The position numbers and the translations under genes are program-made. A stretch of DNA of 64,000 bases from a virus. Of the stretch, positions 28,817 through 38,156 are shown in pieces. The notes under the pieces were generated by a model that was given only the letters and a program-made list of their open reading frames with translations, had not been told where the DNA came from and made no database searches. The stretch spans positions 7,438-71,437 of IMG/VR virus record IMGVR_UViG_3300020112_000969; one strand, given 5' to 3'. Within the stretch, counting starts at the first letter, position 1. Each line of letters begins with the position of its first letter.

Positions 28817-29025
28817 GAAAGGAGTGTGGAATTTGCTGATCAAAGGAGATGTCGATGATCTGATTTTCGCCGATGGCGGAAAGGAACACAGCACAAAGTA
28901 ACCACTACGCGCGTCTTTTGATGGCGTAGTGATGCACCTACGGAATATTAGATGTGTCACTATTCCATCAAAAATGAATGGAATTTCGCAAAAATAATCA
29001 AAAATTGAAAGAAAAGGAGTTTTAT

Positions 29026-29178
29026 CATGGCAGATTTGATTTTTATGTTGTGTCTCGTTCTCGGCCCGATGTTTGCGTTTTTCTTTATCGGAGATGTCGT
29101 GCTGGAATTCCTCTACAATCATTGCAGAAGATATCGTCTTTGGACTGATGCAATGGCAGACAAAATGGAGGCGTGAGA
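29026..29178 (+). CDS. small membrane peptide (50 aa)
   Basis: RBS GAAAAGGAG; hydrophobic N-terminus MADLIFMLCLVLGPMFAFFFIG. Confidence 0.3.
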
Positions 29179-29324
29179 TGCTTAAAGTCGTGTATCTCAT
29201 CAAGAAGTCCGGCGTACTTGTCACAAAGGAATTTGACTCCGAATATCTGTGCCGAAAGCTTGTTGATAAGCTAAAGCGTTCAAAAACCTGCTCGATTGTC
29301 TCATGCCCTCTTCTTTCGTGGTAG
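29178..29324 (+). CDS. hypothetical small protein (48 aa)
   Basis: ATG overlaps the upstream stop; in frame with track ORF 29073..29324. Confidence 0.25.
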   Translation: MLKVVYLIKKSGVLVTKEFDSEYLCRKLVDKLKRSKTCSIVSCPLLSW

Positions 29325-29337
29325 GCAGGTGGAAATC

Positions 29338-29667
29338 GTGAAACTTTGGGTTGATGATATAAGAACTGCACCAGATGGATATTTCCATGTGTATAGCGTC
29401 AATCAGGCAAAATTTTTCATAAAGATGGCAGAGATATGCGATAGCCATTCGTGGTCTTTGTATGATAGCGAATACCAAATTGAGCTAATCGACATTGATC
29501 ATGACGCAGGCGATTATGCCTATGACGGCGGCGATTATATCAAGCTTCTTGACTGGCTTGAGGAAACTAATCGCAGCTACCCCATACGACTTCATAGCAT
29601 GAACCCGGTTGGAATTCAAAATATGCGAGCGATAATCCAAAGAAACGGGTGGAAAGAAGTAGGATAA
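29338..29667 (+). CDS. hypothetical protein (KLWVDDIR...HSMNPVG family)
   Basis: In frame with track ORF 29296..29667; GTG start after AGGTGG. Confidence 0.4.
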   Translation: MKLWVDDIRTAPDGYFHVYSVNQAKFFIKMAEICDSHSWSLYDSEYQIELIDIDHDAGDYAYDGGDYIKLLDWLEETNRSYPIRLHSMNPVGIQNMRAIIQRNGWKEVG

Positions 29668-29993
29668 TGGATATGTATAGCGATTATCAATATCATGTCG
29701 GTCAACGCGTAGCGTTCAACAGATCTTATTCGTTCAGAGCGGGTAAGTCGGAAATACACGGAACAATATTGGAATATGTTGACCACAGAAACGGTGGTGA
29801 TATATACCTCATAAGGCTTGACGAGAGCCCGTATATCATATTCAGCAAATTTGATATTACCGAATATAACGACATCGAAATGACAATGGGTGTCCATGAA
29901 AAATTCCTATCGCCTCTTGACGAGCCGGATGTGTATATCGTTGAAGAACCTGTGGACGCTGTCAACATCGACAGCGTTCTTTCTATATTGTGA
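29667..29993 (+). CDS. small protein, member A of a paralogous family with conserved C-terminal tail (..VNIDSVLSIL)
   Basis: Shares VGQRV.FN...EEP...D.VDIDSV..IL with the next ORF. Start ATG overlaps the upstream stop (TAATG). Confidence 0.5.
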   Translation: MDMYSDYQYHVGQRVAFNRSYSFRAGKSEIHGTILEYVDHRNGGDIYLIRLDESPYIIFSKFDITEYNDIEMTMGVHEKFLSPLDEPDVYIVEEPVDAVNIDSVLSIL

Positions 29994-30001
29994 GGTGAAA
30001 G

Positions 30002-30310
30002 ATGGGAAAGTTTTCAGTTGGTCAAAGAGTTTTGTTTAACGACAACGGATGCTGTTGGAGAGGCTCCCCTTCCGCTCCTGTTACTATAGTCAGAGAGGCT
30101 TACGAGTACGGGTATGGTGGAGAAGTATATGAATGCAGATTTGACGAAGACCCGCGGGAAATATTTGGAAAATCAAGAGTGACTCCTCGCGAAGGAAATC
30201 TTGTTGATATCCATCAAGATTATTTGATTGCCATTGAAGAACCGGAACAATTTGACGACATTGATAATGACGCTGTTGTTGATATTGATAGTGTCATTGG
30301 AATTTTGTAA
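30002..30310 (+). CDS. small protein, member B of the same paralogous family (..VDIDSVIGIL)
   Basis: ORF track; tandem paralog of 29667..29993. Confidence 0.5.
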   Translation: MGKFSVGQRVLFNDNGCCWRGSPSAPVTIVREAYEYGYGGEVYECRFDEDPREIFGKSRVTPREGNLVDIHQDYLIAIEEPEQFDDIDNDAVVDIDSVIGIL

Positions 30311-30322
30311 AGGTGGTGTGAT

Positions 30323-30727
30323 ATGTCATTATTTCACGAAGGAGACATTGTCACCATCAGAAGCGATCTGAAAGAGGGTAAGCTTTATAGAGCTGTCGAC
30401 GAAGAAACTTTTGAATTTTTCGGATCAGGATGCTTTGTTGTTAATGAAATGGCGGAGATTTCCGGAAAGCCTTTTCTTATCTCTAAGGTATGCATAGATC
30501 ACGATGGAGATATCAGGTATAAAATTAAAGAGGCATATACATTTCCTGTTCAGCCATTCATGTATGATCCGGTTCCAATCGGATCGTGGTACTCTTGGAC
30601 GGACGAAATGTTCGATGAAACATTTCGTATGCACAAAGAATTTCTAAAAGTGCATCACGAAGAAGACATAAAAAGCGTATCTGAAAAAGACATTTCCGAA
30701 GCACTCTCCGGTCTTGGCTATACATAA
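30323..30727 (+). CDS. hypothetical protein, possible distant member of the C-terminal-tail family (..DISEALSGLGYT)
   Basis: ORF track; 134 aa. Confidence 0.4.
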   Translation: MSLFHEGDIVTIRSDLKEGKLYRAVDEETFEFFGSGCFVVNEMAEISGKPFLISKVCIDHDGDIRYKIKEAYTFPVQPFMYDPVPIGSWYSWTDEMFDETFRMHKEFLKVHHEEDIKSVSEKDISEALSGLGYT

Positions 30728-30754
30728 CATTACGATGAAAAAGGAGAATGAGCA

Positions 30755-31081
30755 ATGATAGGAAAAGTTGTTATCGTTGAGCCAAACAAATCTGCACGCA
30801 TAGAGGAAATTGATTTTTCTCTTGAGTCCATGCAAAAAGTAGTAGGTGGTAGCATCGAGCAGCTTTGTCCGTTTGACGAAGATGTATGCATTGTCTGTAA
30901 CGAGGAAGGAAAAATAAGAGGTCTGCCACTCAACAGACCAATCTACATGGACGGAGTTCTGGTCGACATCATCTGCGGAACGTTCTTTATCTGCGATTGC
31001 AGCGGAGAAGATTTTAGCGCTCTTTCAGAGGAGCAGCTCAAAAAGTATTCCGAGATATACAAGTACGATATATTCGAGTAA
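30755..31081 (+). CDS. DUF3846-like protein
   Basis: MIGKVVIVEPNK...VVGGSIE...CNEEGKIRGLPLNR...FFICD..GEDF.SLSEEQLKKY matches the conserved pattern recalled for DUF3846 proteins of Firmicute mobile elements. Confidence 0.45.
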   Translation: MIGKVVIVEPNKSARIEEIDFSLESMQKVVGGSIEQLCPFDEDVCIVCNEEGKIRGLPLNRPIYMDGVLVDIICGTFFICDCSGEDFSALSEEQLKKYSEIYKYDIFE

Positions 31082-31319
31082 GGGCGGATAGAATTACTCT
31101 TCGCCCTTAACATATTCTTCTTCCGCTTTATTCTGTGCGTTTTTCAGTTCCTCTGTAATCTTTTCCAGCTCTTCGATTGCGTCTGTAAGCGCATTAAAAA
31201 GTGTGAAGTTGTACCCCATATTTGCACCTCCTTTCGACGGGAGATAATAGCACATATAAGGATATATATGTGTCGAAATATGTCGGTCAAAATAAAATTA
31301 TGTCAAAAAGGAGAAATCA

Positions 31320-31601
31320 ATGTATAAGGAAGAACTTATCGCCGCTGTCGCCGCGAGAACAACGCTGAATAAGCGAGAGGCTCTTGACGCGATCGACGCG
31401 ATCACAAATACAATCTATGACACTCTCGCGCAGGGCGACTCCGTTCAAATCACCGGGTTCGGTACATTTGAACTGAAACATCGTAGCGCCCGTACCGGAA
31501 GAAACCCTCACACGAACAAGCCTGTGGAAATTCCGGCAAGAGTCATTCCCTCTTTCACTCCTGGCACTCTTCTCAATATGCTTGTCAAGGAAGATAAGTA
31601 A
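31320..31601 (+). CDS. HU-family DNA-binding protein
   Basis: ITGFGTFELKHRSARTGRNPHTNKPVEIPARVIPSF is the classic HU arm. Confidence 0.75.
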   Translation: MYKEELIAAVAARTTLNKREALDAIDAITNTIYDTLAQGDSVQITGFGTFELKHRSARTGRNPHTNKPVEIPARVIPSFTPGTLLNMLVKEDK

Positions 31602-31678
31602 CGGTCATCGCGCATCGGGTGGTGCGTCATGATATACTCCCCTACCGCCGCATGGAAATCGCTTTCCTGCGGCGATCT

Positions 31679-31754
31679 GCTCCCGTAGCTCAGTTGGCAG
31701 AGCGCGGTCTTTGTAAGTCCGGCGTCGGCGGTTCAAATCCGTCCGGGAGCTCCA
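31679..31754 (+). tRNA. tRNA-Thr (anticodon UGU)
   Basis: Manual fold: acceptor GCTCCCG/CGGGAGC, D arm GCTC-AGTTGGCA-GAGC, anticodon loop tTTGTAa, T arm GGCGG-TTCAAAT-CCGTC, encoded CCA. One U-U mismatch in the anticodon stem. Confidence 0.6.
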
Positions 31755-31984
31755 CTGAAAGGATGATATTCACATGGACGAAGAAAGCAACAAGTTCAAA
31801 GAAATGACAGAGCGCGAAGCAATAGAACAGTGCGAACACGAAATCTATGCATTGGCGTTTGATTTAATGAATGCGCACGGGAACTATGCAGGCAAAGTTG
31901 CTCTCACGAGCATTTTGGATAGTTTGGAAGAAAACGGGTATTTCATTTAGACATCATGAGTGTCTCGAAGAGGTTTGATTAACT

Positions 31985-32494
31985 ATGACAGGAAACATTA
32001 GAAGATGGCTCATCTCGCTTTACGAAAACGAGATTGACGCAGCACGCTTAAATCTGTGCTGCGATGAAGAGAAAACACTTTTAAGCATCATGGCTTCGAA
32101 CGAAGTGCGGTTATATATCGAAACTCTCCAAGAGCTAAAGAGCGAGATTTCCATTGATGAAAATGCTGACAGATTTGAGCTTATCGACTTCTTTGGCGAA
32201 CCTGCCCTTTTCGCTGAATTCAAGGTTGACAAGAGTTCTGTGCCACAAGACCTGTTTCTCTACGAGATAAAAGGAGACGATTGGCTCCCGGATAAGCCAT
32301 GGTTCGTTAAAGAAAATGTAACTGAACACTTCATCGGGTGCATCATTTGTATGCACGAAATCAGTCTTGATGTGGCATCTGGAGATAGCAAATTCAAAAT
32401 AATCTCGTCAAAAGATATCGACTTTTACGGCGCAGATATTACAATCGAGGAATTTCAAAAAACTGTTCCTCAGGAATATAAAAAAGCAAATTAA
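31985..32494 (+). CDS. hypothetical protein
   Basis: ORF track; 169 aa. Confidence 0.4.
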   Translation: MTGNIRRWLISLYENEIDAARLNLCCDEEKTLLSIMASNEVRLYIETLQELKSEISIDENADRFELIDFFGEPALFAEFKVDKSSVPQDLFLYEIKGDDWLPDKPWFVKENVTEHFIGCIICMHEISLDVASGDSKFKIISSKDIDFYGADITIEEFQKTVPQEYKKAN

Positions 32495-32514
32495 AATTTA
32501 CATGAAAGGATGGT

Positions 32515-33159
32515 TTGATGGCAGTAAAAATTAACATCCAGCCGAATGAAGTGTGGCAGTTCTACAAAGCCAACTCTGCTCGGCTGAAGAACAGCATGGT
32601 TCCAATCGCCGAAGATGACAAGCGGAAAATCAAGCTGTGTCTCACTGACGGGTATGACTACCCGCGCATTGTCCTCGTAGAGTCCTCAACCGGGAAAATT
32701 ATCGAAGCGTCAACGAAATACATGGAGTCGAGCTGCTGCGAATATGTTTCCGACTCGATCTTTGCGAACATGAAAACGGTCGCAGAGGACAAGAAAGATG
32801 CGTCTATCGCAGAAAAAGAGCTTCCTGAGCAGGAAAATATAGACGATCTGGTCAATTCCATGGTCAGCGAAAATACGTCGAAAGATGCAGGCAAAGATGA
32901 AGAGGCAGAAGATGAACAAGGCGAAGAAAACGACAGAGAAATCGAACTTTACGCATCGTTCTTACAATTTCTTGCCACAGTTTGTGATACTGACATTGAC
33001 GACATTGAAACCTGCTTTGACGCCGATGACATCGGAAATACATACGAGGATGTGCTTGAATTTCTTGCCGTTGAACACGGTATCATGATCCGCAGACCTA
33101 TTGTTACGGATGACGGAGAGGTTATTGAATACCCATATGACGGCGTGTTTGAAAGATAA
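32515..33159 (+). CDS. hypothetical acidic protein
   Basis: ORF track; 214 aa; RBS AAAGGATGG. Confidence 0.4.
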   Translation: MMAVKINIQPNEVWQFYKANSARLKNSMVPIAEDDKRKIKLCLTDGYDYPRIVLVESSTGKIIEASTKYMESSCCEYVSDSIFANMKTVAEDKKDASIAEKELPEQENIDDLVNSMVSENTSKDAGKDEEAEDEQGEENDREIELYASFLQFLATVCDTDIDDIETCFDADDIGNTYEDVLEFLAVEHGIMIRRPIVTDDGEVIEYPYDGVFER

Positions 33160-33170
33160 TCGGTGATGTT

Positions 33171-33470
33171 ATGGTACAGAACGCTGCGGTCGTCTCAGAC
33201 ATATTGAGGATTTTCCTTATCGTAATCTATGCAATAGCTCTTGCGGCATCAAGCTTGTATCTCTTTATGTATGCGTTATGGCTATCCGATAACGATATAC
33301 GAGTAAGGGACTATCTGATATATGGTGCATATTTCGCCATATCATATCTGGAGTTTTACGCAGAGCATTATCTTGTAGGTTCGATCATGTTCGTCCCCTG
33401 TATCCTATTTATCATTACAGCAATCAAGTCAAACAATAAGAACCACCACGGCGGCCCGCTCGCTATTTAA
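33171..33470 (+). CDS. small membrane protein
   Basis: ORF track; 99 aa; three hydrophobic segments. Confidence 0.4.
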   Translation: MVQNAAVVSDILRIFLIVIYAIALAASSLYLFMYALWLSDNDIRVRDYLIYGAYFAISYLEFYAEHYLVGSIMFVPCILFIITAIKSNNKNHHGGPLAI

Positions 33471-33496
33471 TATTCAAAATTTAAGGAGAAAACGAA

Positions 33497-34135
33497 ATGA
33501 CAAATGAAAAAATGACAATCCATCAGGCTCTTTGTGAGCTGAAAATTCTCGACTCACGCATTGGCAACGAAATCCGGTCTGGTCAGTTTGTCGGAACGAC
33601 AAAGCACGCTGCTCAGAAAGTTGGTTCTCAGACGGTTCGTGACTTCAGCGAAAACGCCAAGGCGTCCATGGATAAGATCAACGACCTGATTGCACGCTAC
33701 AACGCAATCAAAAAGGCTGTTGTCCTGTCCAATGCAACAACAAAGGTTCGCGTCGGTGACGAAGAATATTCCGTCGCGGAGGCGATTGCCATGAAAAACC
33801 ACGGCATGGACTACTACAAAGCTCTTTACAACGCCGTCAGCTTCCAGCTTAACAGAGCTGATATGAATGTCAAGGCAGAAAACGACACTCTTGAGGCAAA
33901 GGCGGACAGCTATGTCCAGAGTACGTACGGAAACAAGGATAACAAGGGAAACTCTGCTGAGATTGCTCAGGTTCGCGCCTCCTATATGGAGCCTCTCGTA
34001 GTGGAAATCGTTGACCCCGTCAACGCCCGAGAGTTTATCAAGCAGCTCAACGACAAGTTTGACACATTCTCCGCATCCGTTGACTCCGCAATCTCCGTAA
34101 GCAACGCAATCACGGAAATCGAAATTAGCTACTAA
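33497..34135 (+). CDS. hypothetical protein
   Basis: ORF track; RBS AAGGAGAAAA. Confidence 0.4.
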   Translation: MTNEKMTIHQALCELKILDSRIGNEIRSGQFVGTTKHAAQKVGSQTVRDFSENAKASMDKINDLIARYNAIKKAVVLSNATTKVRVGDEEYSVAEAIAMKNHGMDYYKALYNAVSFQLNRADMNVKAENDTLEAKADSYVQSTYGNKDNKGNSAEIAQVRASYMEPLVVEIVDPVNAREFIKQLNDKFDTFSASVDSAISVSNAITEIEISY

Positions 34136-34253
34136 GCATCAAGATAACGACAATCGCTGCGATGCGAAAACCTTGAAGAATGAGCCTTGGTAATTGGGCA
34201 CGCCAAGTTAAATAAGTGCTTATAAAAGACTGTATCGGTTACAACGGCCGATA

Positions 34254-34324
34254 GGCAGAATAGTCAAATGGTAAAGACGCTGGTATAAAAACCGGTAATG
34301 TCGGTTCGATTCCGACTTCCGCCG
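34254..34324 (+). ncRNA. degenerate tRNA-like element (non-canonical anticodon loop of 6 or 8 nt)
   Basis: Good T arm GTCGG-TTCGATT-CCGAC and a 6/7-bp acceptor pairing, but a 3-bp D stem and a non-7-nt anticodon loop. Either a tRNA pseudogene or a non-canonical tRNA. Confidence 0.2.
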
Positions 34325-34621
34325 CTACAGAAGATTTATGATTGCGATAATTTGACTGATTATCAAATATTGCCTCACTTTACGGGAAGAATTTCTCGTG
34401 CCATCTTAAATCTTAAAACTTACGTTCAGTGCTCAATACTTAACCATTAACACTCCAAACATTCTTCAACCGTCAACAATAAACGCATAAGAAATAAAGC
34501 TTTACAAAACCCGGGAAACAAGGTTTGCGCGTGTCTTATTTTAGCGCAAGGTAATCCTCCCGGTTGCATCGTAGCGATTGTTTTTATATATAACGAAGCC
34601 GGCTTACGTCCGGCTTCATAT

Positions 34622-34688
34622 CCAAGTGTAGCTCAGATGGTAGAGCAGCCGTGACGGCTCGTCGCAGGTTCAAGTCCTGCCGCTTGGC
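34622..34688 (+). ncRNA. tRNA-like element with truncated anticodon arm (5-bp stem, 3-nt loop)
   Basis: Acceptor CCAAGTG/CGCTTGG, D arm GCTC-AGATGGTA-GAGC and T arm GCAGG-TTCAAGT-CCTGC are canonical. The anticodon arm is the AGCCG-tga-CGGCT hairpin, four nt shorter than canonical. Confidence 0.3.
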
Positions 34689-34800
34689 ATTTGCCATAGT
34701 CTCTATGGCTCCTTTCACCCATAGCTGTCGGTGGAATTTGCGGCAGCAGCGGTACAGCTAACGTACATATGGCGGCCTTGCCGGTTCCTTGGCCGCCTAC

Positions 34801-34875
34801 GCGGGCATAGCACAATGGTCAGTGCATCGGCCTTCCAAGCCGAGGATGCGGGTTCGATCCCCGTTGCTCGCTCCA
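34801..34875 (+). tRNA. tRNA-Gly (anticodon UCC)
   Basis: Manual fold with all four arms canonical; anticodon loop cTTCCAa; encoded CCA. Confidence 0.75.
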
Positions 34876-34878
34876 CAC

Positions 34879-34955
34879 AGGGCATTAGCTCAGTTGGTTA
34901 GAGCATCCCGCTCATAACGGGACGGTCTCGGGTTCAAGTCCCCAATGCCCTACCA
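34879..34955 (+). tRNA. tRNA-Met/Ile-type (anticodon CAU)
   Basis: Acceptor AGGGCAT/ATGCCCT, D arm GCTC-AGTTGGTTA-GAGC, anticodon stem TCCCG/CGGGA with loop cTCATAa, T arm with one C-C mismatch, encoded CCA. Confidence 0.6.
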
Positions 34956-35327
34956 TGGCCTACCATGCTGGTCAAACCGGAGCGATATAGAACCCTCCGC
35001 GCGCATGGGGATATTTATAGATGGCTCGTTTCGGGTTCCTTAATCCCGATAGATGCTATATAAGAGCCTTTACGTAAAATGCTTTGGCTGCGTTTCAAAA
35101 CCGCATCCGCCCAAAGGCATGGGCAGTTCTGTTACTATTGTTCATCGCGATATTAGCGGCGTGGCAAAGGAGACAGGCTCGCAAGGTGCAAGCGAAGAAA
35201 TAATACAACGCCGTGATGCACACATGGAAAATGAGGCGAAGGAAGTATTCAGGCGTGGTTCGTGCGGAGCTATGTTCCAGGCACGAGAGTAGTTTTTCAT
35301 GTCACGGAAAACCGGAGGTGATTTATA

Positions 35328-35641
35328 TGCCAACAAACGCGGAAGAGATGATTGAATGGTTGATGTCTTGTGACGATCATACAATCGACGGAACAGGAAA
35401 TGTCAGAGAGGCTGCGGAAAAGGTAGCTGCGCTATTAGAGTGCGATGTTGGAGATTATTACTCTAAAAACTTCAACCACTACCCGAGAGTATATTTTTCA
35501 CGCCACACAGGATCTGTCGAAGGCACTGGTGGGCACGGTGAAGAAGAAATATCGTTTGATGAGTTTTTAGAAATCACTGAGTCGAGAAAATGCGATGATA
35601 TCTCTTCATTCTCTCCGGACGCAATCTCTATTCTATTCTGA
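35328..35641 (+). CDS. hypothetical protein
   Basis: RBS GGAGGTG then ATG; in frame with track ORF 35213..35641. Confidence 0.35.
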
Positions 35642-35653
35642 AAGGAGCAGCAA

Positions 35654-36568
35654 ATGAAATTTGTTATGCCAAACGCGGTCTTGATTGACGAAAAAGACCC
35701 GTTTAAGAAGATTGAACTCGCAGGGAGAACCTGCTATAAGTCGGAAGCAAAAATCACACCAGACAGTGCAAAAACATTTGTCGGAAATATGATTGGGCGC
35801 GGTCATACGGCAATGCTTGAACATTGCGTATTCACATTCATGATCTATCCGAAAGATGGGAACCTTGAATTCTTTGAGGATATGTCGAAATACGCGTTAC
35901 ATATCAAAACGGATAAATACATCATTGTTACGAAGCATAAGGATCGCATTCTCGCTTCTGCGAACCTTCGTGCGATCTGCCAGCGCGGAGAAAACGATCC
36001 GATCTTCCGCGCCGTACAGAACATATACCCATCTCTTGCGTACGGTAACGCCTTGATCAGCGCCAGTTCGTTTGAGAATGTGTGCGCAGAAATTGTCAAT
36101 ATCAACGACATCAATGATTTGACGGACTTTGAAAAAGACGCACATACATATTACACATTCCGCATCACAACAGACCGCGGAGTTACACACGAGCTTGTTC
36201 GTCATCGTCCTGTTTCTTATGCTCAGGAAAGCACCAGATATGTAAACTATCGAGACGGACTTTCCATCTCCTTCCCTGCGCAGTATGAGGAAAAAGATAG
36301 CTGCGTTCAGGCTGAATATGAGAGAGCTTTCTGCGACGCAGAAACACACTATCAGAGACTTATCGAGATGGGTGAAAAGCCACAGCAGGCTCGCGCAGTC
36401 CTTCCGAACGCTCTCAAGACAGAAATTGTTGTTACAACAAATCTTGCTGAGTGGAAACACATTCTTGATCTTCGTTACTTCGGCACAACAGGAGCACCTC
36501 ACCCTGACATCAAAGAAGTAATGAGGTTCGTATGCGAGGTAGTCACAAATGGGAACAGAGAGCATTAA
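35654..36568 (+). CDS. thyX: flavin-dependent thymidylate synthase
   Basis: ThyX signature RHRPVSYAQESTRY (RHRx7-8S); 304 aa. Confidence 0.8.
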   Translation: MKFVMPNAVLIDEKDPFKKIELAGRTCYKSEAKITPDSAKTFVGNMIGRGHTAMLEHCVFTFMIYPKDGNLEFFEDMSKYALHIKTDKYIIVTKHKDRILASANLRAICQRGENDPIFRAVQNIYPSLAYGNALISASSFENVCAEIVNINDINDLTDFEKDAHTYYTFRITTDRGVTHELVRHRPVSYAQESTRYVNYRDGLSISFPAQYEEKDSCVQAEYERAFCDAETHYQRLIEMGEKPQQARAVLPNALKTEIVVTTNLAEWKHILDLRYFGTTGAPHPDIKEVMRFVCEVVTNGNREH

Positions 36569-36902
36569 ATCAGACTTCCACGTCGGAGATGTCGTTATGG
36601 TGTCAGAAAAAGCGCATATGTACAGCATAGATTATAAACTGCGCGGAAAATACGGCATCGTAATGAGCGACACTGAAGACGAGACATGGTACGACTGTGT
36701 CGCTGTTTGTTTCAGTGGAAATGTAGAAAAAGTTGAACTTCGTAGCATGAACACACACTTCTGCGAATTCAATGGTCGAGAATTTACAAAAAACGGTAGT
36801 GGGCAATGGGTCGATCCGTCTGAGCTTTTGCTTATTGAAAAAGCTCAAGAAGAAGTCGTCTCAGATCCTGATATTGACAACGCTCTTTCTTCCCTGCTGT
36901 AG
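36549..36902 (+). CDS. small protein, member C of the C-terminal-tail family (..DPDIDNALSSLL)
   Basis: ORF track; 117 aa. Confidence 0.45.
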   Translation: MGTESIKSDFHVGDVVMVSEKAHMYSIDYKLRGKYGIVMSDTEDETWYDCVAVCFSGNVEKVELRSMNTHFCEFNGREFTKNGSGQWVDPSELLLIEKAQEEVVSDPDIDNALSSLL

Positions 36903-36916
36903 ATTTGAGGTGGAAA

Positions 36917-37210
36917 ATGGATCTTCAAGAAGCAATCGAACTTGTATGTCTCGGAGAGCTTGCAATCCTTGTTGAGACAAAAGAGGAAAAACAACTAATT
37001 ATGGATTCTTGCGATCGACCAAATGGAATTCGAGCATCTACATATTCAACTTATAAGTATGCGGTAAGAGACGCTCTTTCCAGCGGACAGAAAATCACTT
37101 TTTCTCAGGATCCGAGTTCAAGAAAAGTCGTCAAGGCAAAGGATCTCGTCGAGAGCGAGGATAGATTTGTGGATCCTGACATTAACGCCGTTCTATCATC
37201 GCTTATTTAG
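36917..37210 (+). CDS. small protein, member D of the C-terminal-tail family (..DPDINAVLSSLI)
   Basis: RBS GAGGTGG then ATG at 36917; in frame with track ORF 36905..37210. Confidence 0.45.
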   Translation: MDLQEAIELVCLGELAILVETKEEKQLIMDSCDRPNGIRASTYSTYKYAVRDALSSGQKITFSQDPSSRKVVKAKDLVESEDRFVDPDINAVLSSLI

Positions 37211-37317
37211 TTTGATATAAAAGAACGTGCAAACGGGCTTTTTATATTGGCCGACAAAAGCTTGCACGAAAGTGTGTCGGTTAGAACAAGCAATTTTGAT
37301 TAAAAGGAGATTTTACC

Positions 37318-37716
37318 ATGGCAAAGATCACTGTAGCAGGCGACGCTATCGTCGTCACTTCCTCCATCAAGTTCGAGGACATCAAGACTATCGCGAAGTA
37401 TCGCCCCGAGAAGCTGACCCTGATGGGCGGCAAAGATGGTAAGGAACCCGTTTTCGCTCTCGGTGTCACCTCCGGCAGCGGCAGCATCAACGAGTTCGGC
37501 GCTTCCTTCGGTCGCGAGACCAACAACGCGGACAAGCTCGCTACCATGACTCTCGTCTGCAGCGGCATCGTCGGCGATGTCAAGGAGTATGTCGCCGACA
37601 AGATCGGCGGCGCTCTCGCCAAGCTGAACGCTCTCGAAGCTACCCTCCCCGATGTCCTTGCTGAGATTGCCGCCGCTAAGGGCGCTATCATGGACAGCAT
37701 CACTGTGATGCAGTAA
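37318..37716 (+). CDS. hypothetical protein upstream of the Ubl operon
   Basis: ORF track; strong RBS AAAAGGAG. Confidence 0.4.
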   Translation: MAKITVAGDAIVVTSSIKFEDIKTIAKYRPEKLTLMGGKDGKEPVFALGVTSGSGSINEFGASFGRETNNADKLATMTLVCSGIVGDVKEYVADKIGGALAKLNALEATLPDVLAEIAAAKGAIMDSITVMQ

Positions 37717-37823
37717 GCGAACATATCGGAGAAATTGAATTGTGGCGGCGTATGGTTTTCCATATCGCCGCCATAGTCATTTCAAAACAACAACAATTTT
37801 TTGAATAAAAGGAGATACATATC

Positions 37824-38051
37824 ATGATTAAGGTAACTGTTGGTAACAACGTCAAGCGCGAGTCCGTCATCATCGACGAGAACAGCACCCTCCGTTCCTG
37901 CCTCGAGGCAAACGGCATCGACTATACCCGCGGCCAGATCCACCTGGACGGCGCCTCCCTCAAGCCGGGCGATCTCGACAAGAAGTTCTCCGAGTTCGGC
38001 ATCACTGAGAAGTGCTTCCTGCTGAACGTCGCGAAGCAGGATAACGCATGA
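37824..38051 (+). CDS. ubiquitin-like beta-grasp protein candidate (ThiS/MoaD-size; Gly59 followed by a 16-aa tail)
   Basis: 75 aa; MIKVTV start typical of ThiS/MoaD; strong RBS AAAAGGAGATACAT. Gene order with the JAB and E1 ORFs downstream. Confidence 0.4.
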   Translation: MIKVTVGNNVKRESVIIDENSTLRSCLEANGIDYTRGQIHLDGASLKPGDLDKKFSEFGITEKCFLLNVAKQDNA

Positions 38052-38156
38052 TTTCACAAGTCAGCGCCGCTTGGCGCTGACATATCCGGGTGACGGGTAT
38101 TGTCAGTTCAACTCTGACCGCCCGGTCTATTTACCATTCCATCATTTATAAAAGGG

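Noticed and set aside
34945-34976. Tandem duplication of the tRNA-Met 3' end, considered as an attL/attR boundary of the prophage
   Set aside because: The two copies are directly adjacent rather than flanking an element, and lie deep inside the phage early region. More likely a recombination scar; mentioned under the tRNA cluster finding only.
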